This document shows positions 49,752 through 63,673 of a stretch of 64,000 nucleotides of DNA, piece by piece. The notes under the pieces are model-generated. The model did not search any database, was not told the DNA's origin, and was given only the letters and a program-made list of their open reading frames with translations. Position 1 is the stretch's first letter, and each line of letters opens with the position of its first letter. Origin of the DNA: Selaginella moellendorffii (lineage: Eukaryota; Plantae; Lycopodiophyta); the NCBI RefSeq assembly GCF_000143415.4, contig NW_003314388.1:124001-188000 (forward strand), in the 5' to 3' direction. Position numbers and translations under genes: made by a program.

Positions 49752-52700
49752 ATCGCCTCATGAAAGAGTATGTCGATATTTTTGAATTTGATTTAAGATT
49801 GGAACATGTCATCCTATTCTAACTAGGGATGCTTGTCGAATAAAGGTTCTTGTTTGTTATCAATCACCCAAAGAGATTAAAATTTTATGTGTAAACATCA
49901 AGGAAATATTGGAAACAAGTGTTATTCAAAAGTTGTGGACTCCTTAGGCATGTGAATTTCATTTAGTGATGAAGTCTAATGGGAGTATTTGTTTCTACAT
50001 CAATTATTATTTGTTAAACAAAGTGATCATCTCGGATATATACCCTTTTCCTCATATTGTTAATTTCTTAGACTATCTAGGGAGAAGTTGTTGATTCACC
50101 AAGTTATATATTGCTTTTGGCTACTAGCAAGTACTAATGGCCAAAAATGATATTTTTAAGACTTATTTTTGTACACCGTTTAATGTGTACAAGTTTTTAG
50201 TGATGTTGTTTGGTTTGAATAATGCTCTAGCAATTTTTTAGCAGATGATAGATGAAGTTCTTTGTGATATACTAGAGATAATTACTGACTTCATTGATGA
50301 TGTCTTGATCCATTTGGAGGGAACATATCTATAATGTTTGTAAAGTGTTGGATCAACTTTGGGAAGTTGGTTTAAAATTAAAGTAGTTGAAGTGTATGTT
50401 TGGGTTTATAAACACAACTTATCTTAGGTATTATATTTTTCATAAAGATTTACAAATTAATTCTGACAAATTTATGGTTGTTTTAAAGTTCCCTTCTCCA
50501 AAGTGTGTGAATAATATATAGCATTTCCTGGGTAAGTGCAATATTTCAATCATTTTATTGATCATCTTTATGATTGTATTGCACCATTGCGAATTTTCTT
50601 GAAATTGTTAACATCATCTTTCATTTGGTTTACAAACTGTGAGTGGGCATTTATGAATCTCAAATTGCTATTGACAACTCCTCTAATTTTGGTATATCTT
50701 AACTACACTCAACTTTTCATTTTGTGCGTAGATGCTTCCAATATCAATCTTAGATGTATGTTGATGCAAAATAGCCCAAATGTGCTTAGTCAGCACCATC
50801 CTATTGCATATATCAATCATACATTACAACCAACAAAGGTGAATTACTCCACAACAAAAAAGTGTTTAACAGCAATTTGGGGTTTCGAGAAATTTCATAT
50901 GTATTTATATGGTACTTAAACGTTACTAAAAAGTGATCATGCTGTAATTACTTTATTATTGAAGTGGAAAAACTTGGTTGGTTATACTACTTAGTAGGTT
51001 TTGAAGCTTCAGATATATAATTTTGATGTTGTTCATCACTTAGAGAGTTTTATAGCTGATGCTTATGCCCTTTTTTGAACTCCTCTATTTCTTCTCATAT
51101 TTTTGACAAGCTTGTTATTCCCATATTTATGGATTTTTTGGACGAAGATTTTGTGCTGCTGGCAATTGCTATACTTAATGTTTAGTGTCCATAAAGTGTA
51201 AAGCAAAATTTACCTTCTTTTGATGAGGTTTACAAGGCTCAAAAGATTGAGCCATATATTTAAAGGCTTCACAATGAGTTTGAGAATCCTATATTATTTA
51301 TTGATAACTTGTCATTTTGGCATTTATATTCTCAATATAACTTTGAGGACGGTCTTCTTTATTTTATAGGGATGAATTCTAATGATCATGTACAACTGGT
51401 AATGCCTTTAATATTTATTCCACACTTTCTCTATATCTACCATGATTCTTCTATTCTAGACGAGCATATAAGATATCGTTGTGTGAGCGAGAAGCTCTAT
51501 AGGTCTTTCTATTGGCCAAAGATGTGACATGATGTTATTTGATATGTGTGTAGTTGCATTTGGTGCCAAGCTCACAATACTCCCCCTTGTGCCACGGAAG
51601 GACAGTTGGAGTCAATTGCAATTTCCCGTTCGTTTGAGTTGGTGGCATTTGATCTTATGGGACCTTTTCCACAATCAACTACTAACAATGAATATATTAT
51701 TATTGTTTCTGACTATTTGACTTATTAGGTGGAAGTTGGTGCTCTTGCTAGCGCCTCTGCAACTACTATTAGATACTTCCTCCTTAATCGAGTGGTGTTC
51801 CAGCATTCTTATTTGGAGCGGATTCATTCAGATAATGGTCCCACATTTATGGCTAAGGCATTTCATTTTTTGACATCTCAATTGGGGATACGCCACATAT
51901 TCACGAGTGTTTATCATCCACAGTCAGACGATTTGGTGGAACAGCTTATTCGGACATTCAAAGGAATGATTGCAAAGTATATAAACTTTCAGCATTCGGA
52001 TTGGGATGGTTATTTGCCATCTTTTCAGTATGCATATATCATAGGTGTGTAGAGTTTTATTGGTGTTTCACCATATAAACTTCTATATAGTCATGATCCA
52101 ATATTACTAATAGAGCTAAGTTTACCTTCATGATTACCATGAGCTGCTGATTCTAGGTCATAAGATCAGTATTTGATGAGCATTCTTCCAATTGTCTAAA
52201 CAGAGTCTACTGAACACTTAGGCCGTATATAAGTGGGATCATAACAGTGATACAACTCCCATCATCGTTCACTTGCAGAGTACAAAATGGATGACATAGT
52301 GTTAATTTATTTTCCTCATCTTATAATGCGTGGTTTATTTAAGGGTCTCCTTTCTCAGTGAAAAGGACCATATCAGGTGTTGTGGCAAGTTAAATCATAA
52401 GTTTATGAGGTTCAACATGACATCCAACAGGCCAACCCTCTAAAAATTGTGCATGTGCAACAGTTGAAATGCTTTGTATAAAGGGATCAAGAACAGTTAA
52501 TACCACCTACAGATCCATTGATGCCTCCTCCTAACATTTCTTTAGAACCTAGCCCATCTACAAGAAAACCTTGATGGTTTTCCATTATTCCGAGAAGAGG
52601 GGATGCTGTGAGGTCCAAATGTATGGCTACGATGTCATATATTAATATTAATATACTGGGATTTTAGTAGCCGTCAGATTGGTTTTAATCCAGACCACTT

Positions 52701-52780
52701 GTTCCTATATATAAGAGGGTTTTTAAGTTAATTGATATGCACATTTTCTGTATTCTCTTTCCATATTCCTTGCGCTTACA
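49752..52780 (+). mobile_element. Decayed, 5'-truncated Ty3/Gypsy element (RT-RNaseH-integrase, PPT, probable 3' LTR 52607-52780)
   Basis: RT remnants YPFPHI and FIDDVL. RNase H remnants VDASN, HPIAY and NYSTT. Integrase remnants FDLMGPFP, IHSDNGPTF, YHPQSD and KGPY. Many stops and frameshifts. PPT GAGAAGAGGGGATGC, then TG...CA. Confidence 0.9.
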
Positions 52781-53237
52781 CCATTCTTTTCATTTATTAT
52801 ATTACCAATTTTTAAATTGTGTTATAATATTGTTTTAAACATTCATTTTATATCTAAATTTTTAAAAACTAAAGGTGTTTTAAAGTAAATATAATTGATA
52901 TACACATTCAAGATTTCTTTTTAATTCTTGTATGTTGACATTTTTCACACATGATTTTTGAAAAGTTTTAAGACAGCACCACTTCCACCACCATCATCAT
53001 TACCCCCACCACCACCTTCACCTACACCTCCACCTTCATCCTGAATACATTTTGTACCTATTTCACAATATGCAAAGACAACAAACCAGAACATTGTCAA
53101 AAATAGAAATACTTTCATCTCTTTGCACAAGTGTTTGTTTATATCTGTTTTTCAAAACAAAGTAGGAATCTTGGTGACAAAGAACGGCATAAAGTATTTA
53201 TACATATGACTCGTTGTACGTACACATAGAATCCTGC

Positions 53238-56200
53238 CTACACATCGTAAATCATCCCAACGTTGAGCATTGTCTCGTGAGGTATGTGGTAAATGACGCT
53301 GGTCTCGCGGCAAACCTTCCTCAAGAAGCTGTAGACATGGTTGATGGCTATTCTCTTGGCCAGTCCCGACCCCTTCCTCGCCTTGACCACCGTGTTCCCC
53401 AGGATATGAACCACGCCGCTCTCCTTGGCTGCCACCAAAAACTTGAGCTGATCCTCCACCACCTGATGCTCGATCCGCCGCTGGCTCAGCACCACCTGGT
53501 AATCCCTCGAGTTGTAACTCGACGTGCCCGACTGATCGCCCATCACCCTTCTGATCTCCACCGAGCAGCAGCTCGCCTCCTCGTTGCTGTTGTAGCTGAA
53601 GCTAAACCGGCGATCGTTGGGCGATATCGCGGACGGCAAGCTCTGCTCCCGATCGGAGGCAGCCATGGTCATCGGCTCCGACGGCGCCGTGGACGACGTT
53701 TCCACCCGATTGTTGTCATCATCCTTGCGGATGAAGTCGGCCAGAGCTCCTATCAGGCGCTCCTCGAACTGCTCGTCTCTGCGGTGGAGGTCGCGGTATC
53801 CATATCGCACGGTACAGCGGTACATCCAGTAGTCTGGTGGGCCGATCCGCCGGAAGAGGAACCTCTCGTCCTCGAGCACGGTGTTGACGGGAAGGTACTT
53901 GACGCAGACGAAGACGAGGACGGAGTGTATCGCCGGGAGGTGAGTGATGAAGTGAGAAAACATCGAGGGGACGCCGTGGGCGAGATCGGTGTAGACGAAG
54001 CCGACTCCTGGGACGCGGACGAGGCCGAGGCTGGGGCCGAGGCCCAGGATCCAGGCGAGCGGGACCTTGTTCTGGATCTCAAACTGGTAGCGCTTGACGG
54101 TGCCGTAGTGCCAGGCGTAGAAGATGAGCATGAGTGCCGCGGCGATGGCGAGAGGAACCCAGCCGCCCTTGGCGATCTTGAAGAGCACCGCGGAGAAGTA
54201 GATTGTTTCCACGGAGCCAAAGGTGACGAGGAAGAGGAGGACGAGGGATAAGTTGGTCTGCCAAATGAAGAGCATGATCAAGGTCATGAGAAGAGTGGTG
54301 ACGAGCATCACGGCCATGACAGCGATTCCTGTTTGGATCGAGAAGAAAAAAGAGAGGTGACGATCTTGATAGAACTTTGGGTTGACGAACCGTAAGCGTT
54401 GCCGATTTGGGTTGTTTCTCGGAATCCCGCGGTGATGGCCAGACAGAGGAGCATGAGAATCCAGTTCACCTCCGGGACGTAGATTTGGCCGAGAATGCGG
54501 TTGGAGGTGTGGATGATCTTCACCCGGGGGAAGCACCCGAGAGCTACCGATTGCTTGACGATGGAGAAGGTGGCGGAGATTGTTGCCTGACTTGCAACGA
54601 TGGCTGCAACTGTTGCAATGACAAACATTGGCCAGTAGACTGGATCTGATAAAATGCGAGAGAGCTTTTGATCAAGAAGAATAAAAACTCTCGCCTACCT
54701 GGGATTGATCTATAGAAAGTTTGATCCACCTTGTCGGGAAACTTGAGAAGGAATGACGCTTGACCGAGGTACGCAGCCAGCAAACAAGGAAACACCAAAG
54801 ACGTGAAAGCCAGCTACAAAACACAGACCACGATGAACTCTTACAAGAAAATTATCTTCCATGATCAAAGAAAAAGGAGTTCACAACACTCACCCGAATC
54901 GACACAGTAGAAAAATGTCCCAAGTCCGCAAACATGGCTTCGGCTCCTGTAGTTTCTCAATCTGTTAATATCACTGGCATGCATTAGACCAGAAGTAAGA
55001 CCGAGGAAAGAAAGACCAGAAAATATCAAAGAAAAACTCGACAAAACAACGTCACTCAGACGCAAGGAAGAAGAAAAAAAACCAAGATAGAAACTTTCAA
55101 GAGAAAGGACAGTTTACCTGTGATGGAGAGCACGATTCCTCCAAGCCTGGCCCATCCTTTGGATTTGGTTCTCCTCAAGAAATCGAAGCCAGCGACGGGA
55201 GAGAGGGCCCGGAAGATATCCGGCTTGTGAATCGCGATGTTGTAAACACCCACGGCTCCAATAGACAAGAGCCAGACGAGAATGACGGGGCCAAACATGA
55301 CCCCCACTTTGTCCGTCCCAACGTGTTGCATGCTAAACAAGAGCACGAGGATGATCAAAGCCAGGATCACGACATGGCCTGCGCGCACAAATCGAGCATA
55401 GTAGCTTGATCAGCGATCGAGACGAGTGGAATACGATAAAGTTGCTGTGAATAAGATTATATTAATACCTTGGTGAAAAGATGGATGAGCTACTTTGATC
55501 CCACTGACTGATGACAGCACTGGTCGAAACAAAAGATCACAAAAAGAGGAAGGAGAAATTCGAAAGGGACACGACTGCGATTAGTTTAGAGTGGCTTAAG
55601 ACGAAGAAAACATACCCGAGATTGCTGGAGTTAAGACGCCATCGCCAATGACCATGGAGGTTCCAAGAAGAACGAGGACGAGCAGGAGTTTCTGGAGGGA
55701 ATTCCTGCCTTCGAGGAGCTTCTTGATGGTGGAAGCTCGGGAGTTCTCGGGCACTGGGCGGCGGCTATACGTTGTCAAGTACTGGTCGGTCGGGTGTTGG
55801 TTTGGAATGGTGTTCACTTTGGCGTGTCTACAGATCAGAGAATACAAAGCAAATGTGCCACCTGAATGGATTCATGAGTTCTAAGGTCTTGGGAGAGGAA
55901 ACCAAGAACTAGTACGATCGATCGAAACTTGCCTTCGCCATTGTCATTTGCCCTCAAGACGATGAACACATACTTGATAAGAGGAATGAGCGTGAAGGAG
56001 TAGACGATGAGGCACACGGCGCCGAGAACGTCCCTTCGGTCGACGATGCCGTCGGGAAAAACGCTGGGAAAAACGTAGAGGGGAGACGTCGCAAGGTCGC
56101 CATAAACAACGCCCAGGCTTATAAACGCTAGCCGGATGGTCACCGCCAAAGGATGCTCCTGGAGAAAGATTACAACGAAGATGCAAGAGAAGGACGACAA

Positions 56201-56320
56201 AGCGGTGATTACCTTGGAATTTTGGAAGCCGCGAACTTGGGTGGCTTCATCGCCCAGTGGCTGATCCAGCGTTTGATCCAATTCCCACATCGTTCCCTTG
56301 CCATCTTGGTGTTCTTCCAT
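53238..56320 (-). CDS. KUP/HAK/KT potassium transporter
   Basis: [80 protein letters not shown]. Ends LNVGMIYDV*. Confidence 0.95.
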
Positions 56321-56680
56321 TGAAGAAACCAGCGAGCGCGCTAGAGAAAACCAAGCTTTCCCCTTGTCATGAATGCGGTGGAAGCGCTGGATAGGATCAA
56401 AGAGGAAGACGAAGAGCAAGGAGAAAGGGTCAGCGCGCGATGATGACAAACTTAGAAAGCCCGGAAAATGCAGCGAATCTTTCAACTAGTTTCACTCCTT
56501 GCTAACTTTAGCGGAGCTGTTGCGCGGCTATCTTATCAAAAAGTTAGTGACGATTGTATCAAACACAAAAGTCTTCAAGTTTTAAAAAAAATCGTAGATC
56601 TTCTAAGTAGAAAGAAAGATTCTACGAATCTTCTTGTATGATTACACTTAGCTTCTTTTAGGGCAAATGTTTTAGGGTTT

Positions 56681-59600
56681 ATGGAAATGGAGGAGAATGC
56701 CACGCCGATCGCGGCCTACACGAATTTTGGAGCGGACACGGCCGGTCCTCTCACTCCGCCCACGCTTCCATTCGGTTTCGGTAAGGCGGCATTCAGGGCT
56801 CCAGCGCCAGCAGCGGCGACAGCGGTGGTGGCATCATCGCCATTCTCTCCCGATCCGCCGTCCAACAGAAGGGGCGAGGCGCTCTCTCCAGAGGCATTCT
56901 CTCTCGACCTGCCGGCTAGAAGAGGAGCGCCTCTTCCTCCTCATGGATCTACCATCCAGAAGCCGCCGGTGCCTAGACCAAGCTCCTCCAGCTTCTCTGG
57001 ACCCAGCGAGCCAATTCCTGGCCTTTGTCCTGATATGTGCCCAGGTATGAAGTCACAATAGTGCTTGTTTCACTCATCTCTCTTTGTTCTTCCTTATCAG
57101 AGAGTGAGAGATCCGAAAGAGAACGGATAGGAGATCTCGATCGCTACGAGCGTGTAGGCGGGGATAGAAACCAGACCTCTATCAGTCTTGCTGTGAAAAA
57201 GGTGACAAGTAAGCAATGGTGAAAGAGCGTGTATCGCTCGCTCATTCTGTGTCTTATTTCATTCGCAGTACACGAGGACTCCGGACAAGGATCCAATGCT
57301 GATACGCTCCTTGCCTGTGTTGCGAGCAACCATGGACTATCTTCTCGGCCTTTTGGAGCAGTCTTATACTCAGGAGCTCTTGGGCTTGTATAACTTTCTT
57401 TGGGACCGTATGCGAGCTGTGAGGGTGGATCTAAGGATGCAGCATATTTTCAACCACGAGGCCATTGTGATGCACGAGCAGATGGTAAGTTCTCTGCTGT
57501 GGCGGCGTGAAAGTCAAAACGTATTTTTTTGCGTTTCTTTCTTCCCCAGATTCGGCTGCATATACTGGCCATGCACGAGTTGTGCGAGTTTCCCAAGGGG
57601 GAAGGCTTCGTGGAGGGTTTTGACGCTCATCTTAACATCGAGCAGATGAACAAGGCGTTTAGCGAGCTCTTCCAAATGTACGATGATCATCGAAGGAAAG
57701 GGGAGCCTCTTATGACTGAGCCCGAATTCCGGGGGTATTATGCGCTTCTCAAACTCGACCAGCATCCTGGTTTTGCCGTAAGTTTTCATCATAGTCTTGA
57801 AAGCTGTACATTTTCTTATCCTCTGTTTCCAGGTAGAACCATTTGATCTCTCCGTTCATTTGTCCTCAATGAGTCCTGCTATGAGAAATTCCTCTGATGT
57901 TATTTTTGCCCGCAAAGTTGCGAGGTAAGCGACTGGAAGCCTTTATTGACGTAACCTTCTTGAATCAGGATGTACAAGCTTCCTAATTACATCGGTTTTT
58001 TCAAGCTTGCTGCAAAGGCCACTTATTTACAAGCCTGCCTCATGCATGCTCAGTTTTCAAAGGTTTCTATAAATTGTCTGTATTATCTGGTTTTAACGTG
58101 CTGGAGCGCACAGGTTCGCAGCCAGGCGCTGGCCGCTCTTTACAGCGGGTTGAGGGTGTCTCAAGGCATCCCGTTATCTCAACTTAAGCAATGGTTAGGC
58201 ATGGAGGTACGAATGTAATTGAAACAAACGATACTTAAAACCTCCTTTTTCTTTCAGAGGCATGAGGTTGGCGATCTCTTATCTTATCATGGATTTTCTA
58301 TCAAACTGTTTGAAGAGCCTTACGTGGTAAAGGAGTCCGAGTTCCTGAATAAAGACCAGGACTACGGGCTTCATAGATCCCGGTTGGTGGAATCCAAAAG
58401 ATCCCCAAGAATTATTGACGACGTTGTCTCCCAGAACAGAGAAGCTCCTCGGTTCACTGCTCAGAGTCCGGAACTACAAACGGATATGACGGAGTACGTT
58501 TCATTCAACGCTGTGCAAGAAGCTCCAGCGGAAATAGTGGAAGAAGAAATGCCTGACTATGACGACGGAGAGACGCCAGTTTTTATCGCAAAGGCCCCGA
58601 CGGTAGTCGAGACTCCGGTTGCTCCATCTTACATCTTTCCGACGGGATCGTTTGATTGGTTACGGCCGCTTAATCTAAGCCAGCCAGTCGAGAAACTCAT
58701 AGATGTGGGTGCTCCGCTGCCAAGTATGCAAGACAGCATGCTAGCTGAGAAAACGTCCACAGGTAAAAGAACTCGTTCAGACGATTATGAGGAGCAGGAC
58801 CACTCTCCAAAAAGACAGGAGATTACTAGTCCTGGAGAGGTTTCGCTGGCTGAAGCTGAGGAATTAGAAAGGAAAGAAGAAGAAGGTCGACTGGAAGAAG
58901 CTCGGCAAGAAGAAGAGAGGATGAAGTTCGAGGAAGCAAGTACAGGACGTGCACGGCTCTGGTTCCGGTTTGTATTGACTCAGTTTTCCTCGTGAAACTT
59001 TTAAGTGGTTTTTGTAGGAGGTGGAAGCGTAAGACCGATGCTATCATGGAAGCTGTCAGATTGCGAAAACTACGAGCCCGAGCGGCTCTGTCATCAATGA
59101 TCCTTGGCTTGCCGATCCAACACGGACGAAAGTACGTTTCTCGACTTACAAAGCAAGGACTCGCCAAAGAAGACTTGGACCGTTTGAAAACGCAACGAGT
59201 CTCGCTTCTCAACAGCATGTGGAAGTTCTTGGACGTGTCGGAAATAGTTTCTCCGGTTCTCAGAGCTAAGAATCCACGGGCGAAAACTATTTACTGGAAA
59301 CTGGTTTTCTGCATGGGAGACAATTCGTCCAAGGGACGAGGCAGTGAGCTTCCGGCGCACTGGCTGAGGTCAAAGCTAATCGGAAATCTGGAAGGGGACA
59401 CAGTAACATGCTACATCTCGAGCAACGTCGAAAACAAAGTAGCTTGCCACTGCATCACCAAAGAGATTGGTCTCGACAGAAGCTTCCATCCAAGTATCAA
59501 CGGGGCAAGCGCTCTCTTGTTCTTGGTTGACGAAGGCTCGCCTCTAAGCAGGATGCGCAGCAAGCTACATTCGCTGGTGGAATCTCTTCCGACCGGGACG

Positions 59601-61043
59601 TCTGTGCCGCTGTTGGTATTTTCAAGTGGCTTTGGATCAGACGAGGGCGATCTCAACAGAAGGCCGCCACCAGAAGAAGAGTTAGCACTGCTGCTTCAGC
59701 TACACAGATTGGACGGCGACAAGATCAGTAGCTGGATAGTTTTATCGATCACTGGGAAAAGTGAACACGGGTTCTACTGCAGTGAGACTCTAGCCAGGGG
59801 TATTGAGTGGCTCGCGACTTTAGCGCCGGCTCAGCCAGAGCTTCATGCTGTGGATCTCCGTGACTTGGTGGCAGAAAAGCTCTACTCTACGTTAAACTCG
59901 TCACGGGAAGAAACCAAAGCCGAGCCCGGAGACTACGTAGCAGTCTTCAACAAAGCGCTCCACGATGCTACAGCGGAGGTGACAAACGCTGCCAGTACGA
60001 GTCCCAGTTACTGGCCTCCTCCCGACCTTGCGACCTTGTCGGAAGCTTGGTATAAGGATCAGGACACTCCTCCCGCAGGCTGGAACAGCTTTGGGAGTTT
60101 GCAGCCAATTTTCTACGCGCTGGAGCTCTGCCGACTGCCTCCCTTTCCTCACCTTGACGAACGAACCCCGTTTGCTCTAGCTCTCTCACGGTTGTCGGCG
60201 GAGGCAATCCTCGACTGCGTGAGAGCTCAATACAAGTCTCTACTGGCTCCGCTGGAAGTGTACCTGAGCAAGCTCGGCTACGAAGAACCGGAGGCTAACC
60301 GTGTCGCAGCCAGCGTTTTGGATGGAGCAGTGAGCCTTGAGTGGTCGGAAGGTGGCTGCCGGATCCTGGCGAACTGGCGTCGGGTGTTCCGGAGCATTTT
60401 CTGGACGAAGCTGATGCGTCTCAACAGCGAGCCTCCCCCGACGGTTTATCTCTTGCGCGAGATGTCCTTTCACAGAGACGAGGTAGGGGACTACGAAAAG
60501 AGTCTTGCGTGTGCGTCTCGGCTCCAAGGTGGCGACGTCCCCGAGTCGATCCAGGAAAAGGTTGTGAGTTTTGTGGAGAGATACAACCAGCAGTACACCA
60601 AGGAGACCGAGACTGCCCGTGATACTGCAACTTCAAAGCCAGAGGACGTTATGCTCAGGCACGAGCTCGAGTGCCTGAGAAGCGGAGATGAGCTCGAGCT
60701 TTTGAGTCTACTCCCAAAGGCCAGGGACGAAGAAGAGGCAGTGCTACCTCAGACGGAGCCAGAGGGACGACTGGACGAGCTAGTGGCAAGGCTGGACAGA
60801 AGGCTGGATGAAAACACTCAGGCAGCAGCGACTGGACTGGAAGAAATTCCTCGGCCGTGGACAGAGGACACGAAGCTGCTCGTGCTCACACCAGAGGGGA
60901 TCGGCTTGGAAGTTTTGGAAGTGACGAGCCCGAGGTCTTCAAGCTCGGACAGCTACAAGAGGTTTAACGAGCTCTTGAGTAGCTGCCACAGCGCCCAGAC
61001 ACTCGTCTCTGGGAAGCTTACAAGCTACTTTGGCGTTTTTTGA
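56681..61043 (+). CDS. SAC3B: SAC3/GANP family mRNA-export scaffold (SAC3B-like)
   Basis: GLCPDMCP-ESER, LAVKKYTR, FLWDRMRAVRVDLRMQH, EPEFRGYYALL, KATYLQACLMH, followed by a long C-terminal exon. Confidence 0.88.
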
Positions 61044-61289
61044 CATAACTACTTGACAAATATTTGCAACTTTGTAAATGTATTCATTTCTTTTCAAGGA
61101 AACCACAGAGTGCGTGTAGATTGTCTCGTTTTGCCACTGCCAAAGCGTACACTTCCATCTACACATCGTTAGCTGGCCCTGGAACGTTGTTCTATGTCAC
61201 CGTTGCAATCTCATGGCGTTGCAAAAACAAAAGGAAGTCAGTGAAACCGTAAAGAAAACTAAAGAGAACATAGACCTGGGGTTGAAGCC

Positions 61290-63460
61290 TCTCAGTTCGT
61301 TGAACAAGCATTTTGGTTAGAACAAGCACCTGTGAAACTTCGACTTCCATATCCTTGAACAGCTAGAGTTTTCATGATTGTTGTTTTCATTGAGGTTGGA
61401 CCATTGTCATGTACGTCTTCAACTGGATTGAAGTTCTGAAGTCGCAGATGCCCAACGTTGTTTCTGGTCTTGCGTTGAGCGCAGCAGCAACATCACTGAC
61501 AATCTCTCCAAAATGTTGACACAGAATCTCTCCAATCTCGTAGCATTTTTCTTCTTGGACACAGCGTTTTTTAGTTCTTATCGTGGTTGAGCAGCACTAA
61601 CATGTCACTTGTCTTTTTCATGACAAGAAATTAGAACAAATTGAAACACACACAAACCTGACAACATGAAGCTAAGTATGTCAACTTTCAATGATCGTTA
61701 GTTTTGTTCGTATTCACAAGTTTCCCTTCCCGTTAAAAGTTTCTTGGACCGTTGTTTTGCGCATAGCTTGTTTAAGTCGTTTGAGCATATAATCTTAGCT
61801 TGACTGTGTGTCACTGGCTCCCTTTTGCGCTGAGCATAGCATCTTCTTGACCCCGTCGACAATCTCAATCGAAAAGAAAGAGCGTCTTCAAACGTTGAGA
61901 GTTTCAACAAATTCTTGATTGCTTCTAGCCTCTCTTTTATCGTGATCATTCTACATATTTCTTGTCTCCAGCAAATCTCTCTTGTTTCGTTGTCTTACTC
62001 ACTTATTGCTAACACAAAGAAAAGCCCTGAACAAACTTACCTTGCGAGGTGGAGAGGTGCGAGAGTGGACCGGGCCTGTCAAGGATCAGCGACGGATCAT
62101 GATCGTTGTTTTCATTGAGGTTGGACCATTGTCATGTACATTTTCAACAAACATTTTGGTTAGAACAAACAGCTCACGAACCTGTTAAACTTCGACTTCC
62201 ATATCGTTGGACAGCCAGAGTTTTCATGATCGTTGTTTTCGTTGAGGTTGGACCATTGTCATGTACGTCTTCAACTGGATTGAAGTTTTGAAGATTGCAG
62301 ATGCCCGACGTTGTTTCTCAGCTCGCAGGTCTTGCGTTGAGCAGCAGCAACATCGCTGACAATCTCTACAAAATGTTGGCATAGAATCTCTCCAATCTCG
62401 TAGCATTTTTCTTCTTGGACACAGCGTTTTTTAGTTCTTATCGTGGTTGAGCAGCACCAACATGTCACTTGTCTTTTTGATGACAAGAACTTTGAACAAA
62501 TTGAAACACACACAAACCTGACAACAAGTTTCCCTTCGCGTTGAGAGTTCCTTGGATCGTTGTTTTGCACTTAGCTTGTTTGAGTTGTTTGTTCAAGCAT
62601 ATTATATTAACTTGGACTGTGTGCGTTGAGCATAGCATCGAAAAGAAAGAGCGTCTTCAAACGTTGAGAGTTTCAACACGAATTCTTAATCGCCTCTAGC
62701 CTAGAGAATACCTCTTAGCTCGTTGCAAGCAGCTTCGCTTTCTTGTCTCCAGCAAATCTCTCTTGTTTCGTTGTCTTACTCTAAACGAACTTACCTTTAC
62801 CTTGCGAGGCGAGAGTGGACTTGATCCGTCGCTGATCCTTGACAGGCCCTGATCGTTGTTTTCATTGAGGTTGGACCATTGTCAGGTAGAACTTCAGCTG
62901 GATTTAAGTTCTGAAGATCGCAGTTTCCCAACGTTGTTTCTCAGCTCGCAGGTCTTGCGTTGAGCGCAGCAACAACACAACTCAAAGCTCCAAAACGTTG
63001 ACACAAAATCTCTCCAATCCAGTAGCATTTCTCTTCTTGGCACACGCTGTGACATGGCGTTTTTCAGTTCTTATCGTCGTTGAGCAGCACCCTTCATGAC
63101 AAGAAATTAGAACAAATCGAAACACACGCGAACCTGGCAACGTGAAACTAAGTATCGTTGATTGTTAGTTTTGTTCGTATTCACACAGCGTTGTCCACAT
63201 CGGTGAGTTTCCCTTCGCGTTGAGAGTTCCTTGGCCCGTTGTCTTGCACTTTGCTTGTTTGAGTTGTTTGTTGTGTCACTGGCCCTTTTGCGTTGCAATC
63301 GAAAAGAAAGAGCGCGTTGAGAGTTTCAACACGATTTCTTGATCGCCTCTAGCATACCTCTTAGCTCGTTGCAAGAAGCTTCGCTTTCCAAATCTCTGTC
63401 TTACTCGCTTATTGCTAACGCAAAGAAAAGCCCTACCTAAACGAACTTACCTTGCGAGGG
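61290..63460. repeat. Three degenerate tandem copies of a ~600-850-bp non-coding unit with partial sub-repeats
   Basis: GTTGTTTTCATTGAGGTTGGACCATTGTCA recurs at ~61380, 62106, 62232 and 62855. TTACCTTGCGAGG recurs at ~62040, 62800 and 63450. Confidence 0.9.
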
Positions 63461-63673
63461 TGGAGAGAGGCAAAGCGGCCTACCATGGGCAGAGGGGAAG
63501 GATCGGCGACCACCAACCCCAACCCCAAGATCCGCGGCATCCACCATCACTGCCCTAGCCCTTTATCATCGATGAACTCTAAACTTGAGCTAAGTACCAC
63601 TACTTTATATAGACAGGGCAAAAAGGGGAAGTTCTCAATTAGTGCAAAACGAAGCATCTTAGGAGCTACTTAA

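Noticed and set aside
52945-53130. 61-aa ORF with hydrophobic start and Gly-rich tail
   Set aside because: Short low-complexity (CCA-rich) sequence next to a TE with no supporting homology. Cannot be excluded but is unsupported.
53214-54251. 345-aa plus-strand ORF (likewise 17389-18165 and 17426-18133)
   Set aside because: Shadow or antisense ORFs of GC-rich coding exons of the KUP and FLA genes.
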